A stretch of 64,000 nucleotides of DNA from Protoeuglena noctilucae (taxonomy: Eukaryota), in the NCBI GenBank assembly GCA_958009085.1, contig OY253688.1, positions 558,001 through 622,000 of the forward strand, written 5' to 3'. Both the position numbers and the translations under genes were made by a program. Below, one piece after another: positions 22,801 to 34,400 of the stretch (the first letter of the stretch is position 1; every line of letters starts with the position of its first letter). Under the pieces are notes generated by a model. It was not told the origin of the DNA, ran no database searches, and worked only from the letters and a program-made list of their open reading frames with translations.

Positions 22801-25800
22801 AGGGTGACAGTGGGATGGGGTGGGTGAGTGATGTAGCGCCTGCGAGGGTAGCAGTGAGATGGGGTGCGATGGTGAGAGTGGGAAGTGCATAGGCGTTGCA
22901 TGTATGCAACGAATCCCAATTACATCGCAACTATGAATGTGAGTGCACCATAATCACCAATAACACGACCACTAACAACCCCACCACGTTCACCATCATC
23001 CTCAATCATTAGTAACAACAATTACTACTAATCACATTGCCCCCACCACCGCCGCCCTAACCTCATGAGCCCGAGCATCTCGGCCTTTCGCGCCTGCTGC
23101 GACCCCGCTCCCTTGGCCGCCGCGATCCTCTTCAGTGCCAGAGACACGTCGCCCACCGTCAGGGCGCGGGGGGGCACCAGCAAACGCTGCCGGGACCGCA
23201 AGTACTGCGCGGCGTCGCCCAGGTCACCCGTGCGCCTGCGATGAAGGATCGCGGACCGGGTTGACTGTTGTTACTTAAAAAGTATGCCCGTGCAATTTTC
23301 CGTATTGGTGAAAATAGTGGAAAAGCGAACGGTGCAGCTGCTCGCGCGCCGCGGCCTCTCTGCAAATACATATTTCTATAAACCCCATTATTATCATTTA
23401 TACATAATAGATTATAATAATCATAAATTACATCATCAAAGCACTCGTATATCGCTCGCCTGTACCCCTCATGCAGCTGCGCGCGCGTCCCCCCCGTGGC
23501 CTCCAGCACCGCCTGGCTGACGGTGGCCGTGCCGACGTTCAGATCGCTGCCAGAAACGTGGCGCGGCCCCACTTTGCCGATGAGCAAGTAGGAGAAGGGG
23601 AGGAGGTCAGAAGGCGAGAGGGCCATGACGGTGCTGCACGGAAGGGGCGGGGCGGGGCGGAGAGACATGGGATGGGGTGGTGTTGCTAGTTGTCAGTAAC
23701 TAGTTATTACATATCCACGCTCCATGATACCGCAACAGTATTGATACCACAGCTCCATGGCATGACAAACACATGCAGTGGTTGTCTATGATATCAAATA
23801 TTTATGTACATCATAACATTACATCGATTCACATCCACCGATGACCCGGCCGCTCACCGCAGCGCCTGGGCGAGTCCGTCCGCGATGCTCAGCCGCTTCG
23901 TCGTGGCATCCAAGGCTCCCAATGTCCTGGCCACGTGCAGGTAAGGCACGCGCTCCCCAGGGGCCCAGCAAGCATCGCCGATATTCGAATTCGCATTCGT
24001 ATTCGAATTACCATCGCCTTTGGAACTTGGTTGCGCACCGCCGTCGTTCTTAGTAGCAGTACTACCACCCCCCCCCGTCGCAAACATGCCCATTGTTCTC
24101 GCAATGCTCGTCAATGCCTTTCCCTCACCCGCTCCACCCCTCGCTGCCTCGCCAGCCTGGCCCTCATTTTCACTCTTATCCCCACTCCCATTCCCACCCT
24201 CACCCACCGCCCCCACCACCACCTCCACCCCCTCATCCCCCACACCCTCACTCTCGCTCTCATCACTCAGCAGCTCGCCCACCACATGACCCCGATGCGC
24301 GTCTCCCTTACCCTTATTACCACCCATCTCCGTCTTTCCCACCCCTCCCCTCTCCCCACCGCTCTGCTTAGCACCAACCCCCACCGTACCACCACCACGA
24401 CCACCACCCTCACCGTCCATTGATGTCCCGCCACCCTTGCCACCCGGACTGCCCCCCACTTTCCCGAAAAACGAAAGCAGCGTTCGCTGTGCAGGGTCAT
24501 CCCGCTTGCGACCCCCTTTGCCCTTGCTTGGGGTGCCGGCCTTTGCCACAGCCCCACCCCTCATGCCCGCACTCTTGCCACCACCACCACTCTTTGCACC
24601 ACCCATTGCAACCTTCCCAGCACCCCCGCCACCACCGCCACCACCGCCACCACCCTTCACAGCCCTACCGCCACTCCCACCCCTCGCCCCCCCAACTGCC
24701 GCCCACCTCCTTGCTTCCTGCAGCACCCCCACACCCCCATCCAACACCGCTGCAATCGCAGCCTGCATGTCCCATTTGTGCTTCTCCAACAACGCACGCA
24801 ATTCCCCATGACCAAACCCCTCCGCCATATCTCCCAACACCAACCCCACTTGCTCCACCAACTCCCGCTGCTCCAATGCAGACAGCGATGCGGGGCCAGT
24901 TTCATCGATAACCTTGTCATCGCGATCCCCATCACCACGACCCCCGTCACCGCCACGACCATCGCTCTTATCGATATCGTTATCGACACCTGCCCTATCG
25001 CGAGCCCCATCGCCAGCACCGCCACCGCTCCTCTTATCAACTCCCACCGACGCCCCTGCCCCTTTCACCCCCACAATCTCAATGTCAGAATCGCTGCTAT
25101 CTCCACCTCTGCTCACCCCACCCCTCTCATCCACACCTCTCCCATCTGCACCCTCGCCCACCCCACCCCTCCCATCCACAAACACCGCACCCACACCCGC
25201 ACCTGCCCCACCATCCTTTATACTCTGTTCCACATCTCCACCGCCACCCTCACCACCAATCACCACCTCCCCACTCCCCTCGCTCTCATCAACACTGCGC
25301 TGTCGCACACGCCGCCGTTTCCTGCCCAATACCCCACCCCCACTCCCACTCCCATCCACACCCTCTCCACCCCGCTTGCCCGCCATCTCACTCCCACCCT
25401 CTCCACCCTGCTCACCCCCACCCGCACCCGCACCCGCACCCGCACCCGCACCCGCACCCGCACCCGCACCCTTTCCCCCCCGCAGCACCCCAGCCAGCAG
25501 ATTGGCCTTCAGCGCCGTCTGATCGACGTACTTCCCAAGCTTCTTCAGCACCCTGGCTTTCGCCTTATCTCTTTCCGCATCGCTACCTCCCACACCGTCC
25601 CCGACTGTTGGTATGAGCTTCTTGGGCCTTATGAACTTGACATACTCGACCAGCTCGTCCGCGCTCGAGTGCTCGCTGTAGGCGCACAGCCGTATTTCGA
25701 GATTTCCCCGGGTGAAGACGTCGCGTCGTTTACTGGCGCTGGTGTGGACCCAGCCGGTGGGGACGAAGCCCACGGCGCGGCTGTAGGGCGTGCCCTGCGT

Positions 25801-27243
25801 GTATTTGAGACAAGAGGAAAGCAAAAGGATTAGCTAAATAATGTGAGAGTGAGGTTGAGCAGCGAGGGTGGCAAGCATCGGCATGAACAAGCATTACAAG
25901 TGTAATCTAACACGACTCAACATTAGCACACAAACTATAGTACATATGCAGAATCAACACCCTTGCTATGCATGCTCACGCTATGCTCACCTCCATGGCC
26001 TTCTCCATGTTGGCGAAGTTGGGCTTGAAAAACGGCCACGTGTTTCCCAGGTAGTTCATATCAACAGTGTGGACGTTGGTCTCGGAGGCGTCGCAGGTGA
26101 AGAGGCGGGACACGACCTCGGGGGGCCTGGGGTCAGGGATGGGTGCCACAGATATATGAAGGTTATTGCATTTTGTTTATGTTCATATTTATATCTTAAC
26201 TATATAGTAATTGTATTTTTTATGTTGACAACATAATATTATTGTAACTGGAGAATATCCAATAATAGCATCACTGTACTGGTCATAATTTGTAGGGAAT
26301 CCACCCCAGCACCCGCACCCACCATGCACCCACCCCACGCACCCACCCCCACCCAGGCTTAACCTCTCACCATATGCACCCCATGACCCTCATGCGCCTC
26401 TCCGACACCATCACTCGCTTCCCGGTTCGATCCCTGACAGCCTCCAACACCTTCTCCTTCCCCAGCCCGTACGTGGCGAGCAAGAACAGCGTGTTATGAT
26501 TCGAGTTAGTACTGTTACCCGGGTCATCGAGCGATGCGACGGCGTCCGCGATCGCGTCGATGCACTCTCGCTGCGGGGGGAACGAGCCGGCCCGGAAGCA
26601 GGCGTAGGTGGTGTCGAGAAAGAGGAAATCGGCGCCCCGGAAGGATTCGATCAGCGGATCGCTCAGCATGGAGGGATCGAAGCGCATGTCGCCCGTGTGG
26701 ACCACGCGGCGGCCGTCGGGGAGCGCGAAGAGGATCTGCGCCGCGCCGGGGCAGTGGTGCGCGTCGACCAGCGTGACTGTCACTGCGGGGAGAGAGGAGG
26801 ACGTTTGTGCTACTATTGACGCAAACAGCCACTGATAGGTGTGCATACGGGTTAATCATAGCCATCGCGACCGCGCATGGGCTCCAAAGCGCGCGCTCGG
26901 CTCACCACCGTCCACAACGACGGCCTCGCGCATCGGCAGAGGCCGGAGCCACTCCTCCGCGACGCCGACGCGCTCGCGGACCACGCGCGCGGTGACTTCG
27001 GAGCAGTATATGGGGCCAGGCGACCAGCGCTCCGTGAGACCCGCGTAGTGGTCGCTGCGCGGGAGACAAACGCGGCGCTCTCGAGACGAGCTGCTGCTGC
27101 GCGCCTGCGACACCGATGCGCGCTGCCACGCGCCTGTGAGCGTGCGTCAGGAAGAACGCGGTGATGGTCGGAGAGCGGAAGCGAAACTCATCGACGGCGA
27201 ACGGGGCTCCTGGCACGGAGCGATGCTCCGGTAGCGACGTCAT
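19845..27243 (-). CDS. LIG6: DNA ligase 6 (metallo-beta-lactamase/beta-CASP DRMBL domain fused to ATP-dependent DNA ligase), multi-exon
   Basis: N-terminal FLTHAHSDHYAGL, DAHHCPGA, HTGDMR, LFLDTTY and YSEHSS; ligase motifs PMLAKP, EWKYDGQR, LDGEIV, EGLVIK, WLKMKRDY, EVWEITGADLSLSP and IALRFPRFLRLRPDK. Confidence 0.92.
25420..25470 (-). repeat. Coding hexamer microsatellite (GGTGCG)n encoding poly-(Gly-Ala) in LIG6
   Basis: About 8 CCCGCA copies on the + strand; similar short tracts at about 21120 and 43205. Confidence 0.85.
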
Positions 27244-27530
27244 CGTGGCATAGTCTACGATGCGTTGGCTTGAGACGGTCCGAGTCCAATGTCTGCGATC
27301 GCGGGGGCAGCGTAATCGACGACATGGATGGAGAGGCGCGGAGCTTTCCTGCGCTGGCGAGTCCGTGCCAGTCGTCTTCTTTCGCGCGCCCACCTTGACC
27401 ATTCCTGCCCCTCCGCGCCCTCCTCGTGTTACTTTCACTAACTTCGTTGCTCGCCAGGTTCGAATAGGCTGCACACCGTGCAGACACCTCTTTCGCGGGT
27501 CCCGCGGCCCTCCTTCACACCGCGGGAGCC
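27244..27530. promoter_or_regulatory. Probable bidirectional promoter between LIG6 and CWC27
   Basis: Divergent start codons separated by only 287 nt. Confidence 0.6.
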
Positions 27531-30180
27531 ATGAGCAACGTCTATCACATGGAGCCCCCTACCAAGGGGAAGGTTGTGCTGAAGACGACGCACGGGGAGC
27601 TGGAAGTGGAGCTGTGGCCGAAGGAGGCGCCGCTGGCGTGCCGAAACTTCGTGCAGTTGTGCCTGGAGGGCTACTACGACAACTGCATCCTCCACCGCGT
27701 CATCCGCGGCTTCATGGTTCAAACGGGAGATCCCACCGGGACCGGGGAGGGCGGAGACTCGATCTTCGGCGCGCCGTTCAAGGTGCGGCCCTGCCGCCCC
27801 TCGTATCTCAGCCCCGGCCCCTCCGCGCGCCCGGACGCCGCCGCGATTGCTTGACGTGATGTATATTCGTGGCATCGCAGGATGAGTTCCATTCCCGGCT
27901 GCGCTTCACGCACCGGGGCCTGGTGGCGTGCGCCAACGCCAACGTGCGGGACACCAACAACAGCCAGTTCTTCATCACGCTCGATCAGTGCCCGTGGCTG
28001 GACCGCAAGCACACGATCTTCGGCAAGGTCGAGGGCGACACGGTCTTCAACCTGGCGCGCATCGGCGACGTCGACACGGACGCGGACGACCGCCCCGAGG
28101 GGGAGCCCCCGGCCGTCTTGTCGGTGACTCTGACGGCCGATGTCGTCGTTATCACGCATGCATTCCATCGCGGTTCTTGTTCGTCGCGCGCGGGCGACGT
28201 GGAATCGATCGGCACGCTTTCCCGTCCACAGGCGGAGGTCGTGTGGAATCCGTTCGACGACATCGTCCCGCGGACGACTCCCGCGGCGCAGGGGCGCGCG
28301 AAGCAGGCGGCGCGGGAGGCGGAGGAGGCCGCGGCGCGGGAGGAGCGCAACCGGGGCCGCGTGCGCGACGCGGCGCTACTCTCTTTCGGCGACGACGAGG
28401 ATGCGCAGCCCGCGCTCGCGCCGGAGCGTCTTACGACGGGCAAGATACGCGCCGCGCATGAGCTGCTGCGCGATGACGCGCGGCTCGCGAAGGGCGGGCC
28501 CCAGGACGACCTCACCCGGGTGAGCGGGGCCCCCGCCGGCGCGCTCGGCGTCCCGATGTCGCAGCGCGTTTGACATAACCTCGATTCGTCTATGAACGTT
28601 GCAGAGAAGCGAAGGCGCGGGTGCAGCGGAGGCGGGGGCGTCGGCTGCGGGGGGCGAGGAGGACGACGGTGGCGCGGGCGACAAAGCGGGGGCCTCTGGG
28701 CTTTCCTTCGAGGCGAAGATGCGGGCAAAGATGGAGGAGAGGCGGAAGGCGCTCGGGAAGGTGCGATGGGATCGAGTGGGAGTGGCATGGAAGTTGATGG
28801 GCTGGGTTGGGAGCTGTGTTGGGACTTGGGGCAGCGCAGCTCGAGCTTAAACCCACCCTGATGGGCTGCATCGCACCCAGAGCATCCTTGTGCCTCCGCA
28901 GGTCCCGGAGCGTCCCGCAAAAGGCGTCGACGCGGATCGAGAGGACTCAAAGGGCGCCGCGTCGGGAGGGCGTGGCGAGGAGGGGACGTCGGGCGACGAA
29001 GGGGGCGGGCGGGCGTCAGAAAACGGGGCGTCGGGGTCAGGTGTTGGTGCGGACGGGTTGTACGATCGTCGGGAAGCCGAGCGTCGCTACGAGGCTCTCC
29101 GGGGCTCGCGTCGTGTTTTCAAGGGGACCGTGCCGGACCGGGAGCTGTTGACGGAGGGGCAGGGGCGGCGGAAGGAGATTAGGTGAGAGGGATTGGGGTT
29201 TGGATGAGGTGAGGTGAGGGGTGGTGAGAGGGGATGGGGATATGGATGTGGTGAGGTGAGAGGTGAGAGATGAGAGGTAGCAGTTTGGATGAGACTGGTT
29301 GAGAGCGCAGAGAAAGGTCAGTAGCCAGCCAGCCAGCTGTTCCTTCCCAATGCTTGTCATGTGCTGCTCCTGTTTCCCAATGCAGGGAGCGCAAACGTGC
29401 TATGGGAGATCGAGAGAAAGACACCCTGGAGCGATTGCAGTCGTTTATGAAGGCTCGAGGGGGGAAGGGCGATAAGGGCACTGGTGCTGGTGCGGATAAG
29501 GGCGGCAGTGGCGCTGCGAGGGAGGCAGCTGCGGGTGGGGGTAAGGGGACTGTCAGTGCTGGTGGTGGCAAGAGGGGCCGGGATGGCGATGCGGGGGGTG
29601 ATGACGAGAGGACCGGTACGGGTGCAAGTGGGGATAAGAATGGCAGTGGCGGCTACGACGGGCGGGTGGACAAGACGGTGGATCACCGTTTACTGATGCC
29701 GGCCCCGTGGCGCGTTGATGATTACTTGGATGGAAGCGACGACGACGACTTGGAGGCCGTCAGGTGATGGGGGCATGGAGAGTGGGTGATGGTTTGGGAT
29801 GTGAGTGAAGGAAGGTTGGTTGATGGATGGGCTTTGGAGAGTAGCTAGGCACTTTCCATCCCTCCCAGGTCCCACCGCCACACGCTCACAACATGATGCG
29901 ATGTGTCCCAATCTGGAAGTGTCTGACCCTGCCGAACCCGACCCATTCAACAGTCAGTCCCACTCTCGCTCACTCCATTCCAACTCTCTCTCACTCTTCC
30001 AGGTCCCACCGCCTCAAGTTCTCCCGCGGCCCCGGCCAGGGCACCATGGACCGTCGCGACGACGCCGACGATTACGTGGTGGTCGATCCATTGCTTGAAA
30101 AGGGCAAAGGGAAGTGGAGCAAGAAGGCGCAGGACGAGAAGAAAAGGAAGACGGAGTGGGCGGGGAGGGCCAGGGATTGA
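27531..30180 (+). CDS. CWC27: Spliceosomal cyclophilin-like protein CWC27/CYP57, multi-exon
   Basis: MSNVYHMEPPTKGKVVLKTT..ELWPKEAPLACRNFVQLCLEGYYD, DEFHSRLRF, NSQFFITLD, NPFDDIVPR, LLSFGDDE and C-terminal HRLKF...DYVVVDPLLEKGK. Confidence 0.93.
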
Positions 30181-31447
30181 CAGAGGAGTGGGGGTGGTTG
30201 GTGCGGGGTGGGTGCGATGGTGGGTTGGGTGCGAGGGTGGGCGGGCAAGCGCGGGGTGGGTTGGGAGGCGTTGGCAGGTGTGAGAGGACTGGTGTTATGT
30301 TTGTTTCTTCTCATCGTGAGGTTGCTAGGCATGGATGTTGACGCTGGCATAATGCTCATAGCTGAGCTAACACGGGGCTGGTTTCAACGATAACGAGGGG
30401 CAGAGCCAGAGCCATGCAGTATTAGCCAATCGCGACAGCCAAGCGGCGCAAGTTAACTGGGAAGAGACAAGCAGAGCCAAGAACACGCACATGACAGGGC
30501 CCGTCCGGGCAAAGAGCGTCACAGGCAGGGGCTTGCAGCTCGCAGCTCGCCAAGCCCCGCGTCAGTGATACCACACCATGTCGTATATCAAACGACCCCA
30601 CAGCTGCTCATCATGGCGATACAACGCGCAAGCGTGCACGCCGGTGCCACAGTGTGCGCGTATCCCTGGCCGATTGATGCGTCCTGTTGGGGAGCACTAT
30701 AGAGTGGGGCGGGGCCGTCCATCCAGACACTGTCGTCACCGCTGCAATGCGGCCCGGTCCCTATGCAGCAGGCAAAGCACTTTGACATGCACAGCACAGT
30801 GCACACTGCAGGATCCGCACGGCCCCCATCCCGCTCTGCCACTGCGCGCGAGCGGCCTGCGCTTGCTAGGTATCGCACCGGTGTCCCCGACGGGGCCAGG
30901 CTCCTGGCCTTGGGCGAGGGGTCCAAATTCCCAAACACGAGTCATCCACTCGTCAGGGCGGTGCATGTCAGGCTGACTGCTAGTTAGAAAAGAGCAAGGC
31001 GATTATTGCGATCGATGTACGTGCGCGGGCACCGAAAGGCACTGGCGTTGCCGCAGGGGGCCCGGTGTCGGTGCAGGTGCGACCTCGTGCGCACTCTAAC
31101 GAAGCGAACTCTACGACGACCTTGACCCGTGACCCTCGTAAGCAAGCTAGTCCCCAGGCCAGACAGCCTGGCCGTGGAAAGACGTGCCGAAAACGCCATT
31201 TGCAGCGGTGGATGCGCGAAGCCCGGGTGGGCCTGGCGGGGCGGATTGTGTGCACGCGCCTGCCGCGTGCTGCGGCAGTGCGGCGCCTGTCTGGTCATAT
31301 ACAGAGCAAGTTGGCGTAGAGAGGCCCGCGCACCCGGGAGGTAACTATACAGCGCGATGGAGTCTCGATAGGGTGTCGCCATGTCACGATGGGAGCCGAG
31401 GGTGCGTGGGGTGGTGCGACCCCCTCTGCGCGAGCGAGTGGTGTCGC

Positions 31448-34400
31448 TCAGAGCCCGAACAGCCCCCGCTTGCGCGTCACGTTGGCCTCGACGTCGCGGG
31501 GGTCGGTGTAGCCGTCGTCGGTGCCCTCCGTGCCGGGGATGCGCTTGATCTCCTCCTTCACCATGGTGCGCAGCTTCTCCTGGGCCTCCTTCAGCTGCGG
31601 GGCGATAGAAGAAGATAGCGACGGTTTGTATGCATTGGAATACGTTACTGGCAGCCGGGGCGCACGTATCGTGCTGTGTGACGTGCTGCGGCCGCGCGCA
31701 ACGTGTTGTGCCAGAGATAGGGGCCCGGGAACTCGCCTTGTGGCGGCACTCCATGTAGGTGGTGAGCCCCCCGACCTTGTTGCCGAGAATGATGGCGGCG
31801 ATGATGACGGAGATGGTCGAGATAACGCTCCATTCGGAGGCGATGGACTCGATCTTGGCCTGGATGGCAATCACGGGGATACACTCGCACACGATCGTGA
31901 TGATGTCGGCCTGCTTCCTCAGGATCTCGCGCTCCAGGTGCTCGACCTGAGTGTAGGGGGGCACAGGGTACGTGTCAGGTACGTAATGGGTGACGGGCAT
32001 GTGACTGGGGCACGTGACAGGAGCATCGAGTGGGCATGATATGGAGGCATGGAGTGGACCATGAACGGCGTCGACTGGCATGCTTCGTGAGGCCAAGTTC
32101 GCAGCAATGCGAGGTCATGGCAGGCGCCGGACTCGCAACGATGTGTTTTGGGTTAGGGTAGGTGCACGACCAAGTGATGCAATAACCACCCCTTACCTCG
32201 TCCATGTGCTGAGTGTTCTCCTTGTGCAGGGCGGACAGCGCCTCGTCGATGTGGCGGCGCTCGACATTGGTCTGCTGCTGCATGGCGCGGAAGGACGCCC
32301 GCTTGGCGATCTGCTTGGCGTGCACGGCCACGAAGCTGCGGAGAGGTAGGCGGTGTATGTTATACCGATATCATGCTCCTGGAGCACGGTATAGGTACAG
32401 TAGAAATAAATAGCAAGGATTTGCAGCAAGTCCCGGCAGCCCTCGATCATGTCATGCATGATTAGTGTAGTATGCATGGTCACTCACTCTGCGGCGTGAT
32501 CCTTCTTCTGGGCCATGATGCGCATGAAGAGACCTGCGGGGGAAGGGAGGAAGAAGCAAGTATGGGTCGGTACGCAACCACGAAAACCCGCACCCACCCA
32601 CCACCCACATGCACACACACACACCCAACACACAGAGAGCACAGCCCAGCACTCACGGATGGACACGAAGGCGGTGGTGAGGGTGGACACGAAGGCGATG
32701 GCCGTGAAGAGCACGGCAATGGGGTAGACGTTCTTGAACGTGACGTCGCCCTGGATGGTGTAGAACGTAGCAAGGGCGAACGCGAGCACGTCGCCGAAGT
32801 TGAAGAAGACGTCGACCAGGATGCACACGGGCTCCGAGAAGAGCAGGGACATGATCTGGTCCAGGTCCAGCTTGCCGCGGCGGGCCTGGGGGGTGGGGGG
32901 ATGCGAGGGTCAGCGGAGCGAGTGATGCGAGGCTCAGTGGGCGAAGAGAGCAAGGTGAAGATGCCATGATGTGATGAGGTGCGCGACAGGTGCCAATCAT
33001 CTCAAAAGTGCTGGCTATTTGCAACTGACTACTGACTGTCCACGGAGTGGACAGTCAAGCTCACCGCGATGAAGAGGGCGATGCCGACACTGAGCACGAA
33101 GCCCCCGATGGCGGCGATGAGGGCGTAGGTGGTGAGGCTGGCGCGAGTGGACGAGGTGGGGGGGTTGTTGATTGACTCGCCGTCGCACGTGAGCTCGTTG
33201 CTGCCGTTGATGCCAACGTTGTTGGTGTAGCCCAGCGGGGTCATATCGGCGTCCTTCAGGGGCTTGGCGAAGTCGATGCTGCTCTGCGAACAGAGGCAAG
33301 GGGCGGTGAGGGGTTGGGCCTCTTCAGTGGCGGCACAGCAAGTCGCGACCATCGAGACCACGCTGCAGGTCGAGGGCTCAATGTTGCTACAATATTCCAC
33401 AGTGCAACATCTAAAGATAACGTTCCTATAACATTCGAATATCCTTCGAGGTCACCTGGCCCTCCTTGAGGTCGGACGGGTTGCCGTACGTCCAGCCCGT
33501 GAACTGTGCGAGGGTCTTGGTGCTGGTGGTGCAGGTGGAGCCCTGGTTCTGGCGCAAGATGAAGTTGAAGGCCACGTTGAAGCCGTCGACGCCGCTCGTA
33601 CCGTCAATCGAGACCTTGTAGACGTTGGAGTGGGTGATCATGGTTGACGAAAGTGGCAAGAATCCTAAGGTGCCGGCCTTGCTGATGACCGAGCTCGTCG
33701 TGAAGCTGTAGTCGATATCCGTGTCCGTCGTGTCCTGGCAGGCTGCCCAGCTGAAGTTGGAGTATGCCGACGTGAGGGCGGTGGTCATCATGACGCGCTC
33801 AGCCGAGGCGCTCGGCGGGCAGAGGATGGTGGGTGCCACGGTGTTGTTGAGGCCGAGGGACGTCCACACCGCGGTGCTGCGGGGGAGGAGGCGGGGAGAG
33901 ACGTGACACAATGCGTGGGTGGGTGGGGGTAAGGGAACTTAGATGCATAATTAGTGTTTGTGACTAGCGTTGGAAGCTGTTACAGCTGAGCCCCCTCACC
34001 CGGAGATGGAGCCGCTGATGATCTGGGCGAGGGTGTTGAGGGAGAGGGTCGCGATGGTCGGGTTGGTGGGGCAGGAAGTGGCGCTGTTGCAGGCGTTAAT
34101 GTAGAGGGCCGTGGTGATCTCCACGAATGGAATGGCCACCGTGTCTGCGATGAGAGATAGCATGTGGCTCATCAGAAGCGAAACTCAATGGCCGTTACGT
34201 ATGGCTGTCACGTAGCGAGCACGTACATGTCACTGGCGCCAATCTAATGCATAGCATACACAGCGTTGCCCCTCACCGGCCTGCCCGATCCACCAGTTCT
34301 CCCCCTCCGACGACTGGGGCGCGATAAGGGGCTGGTTGGCCACCATGGGAGCCCACAGCGCGCGCCAGTCCGCCGATGTCTTGCCAGTGTCAATGGCTGT

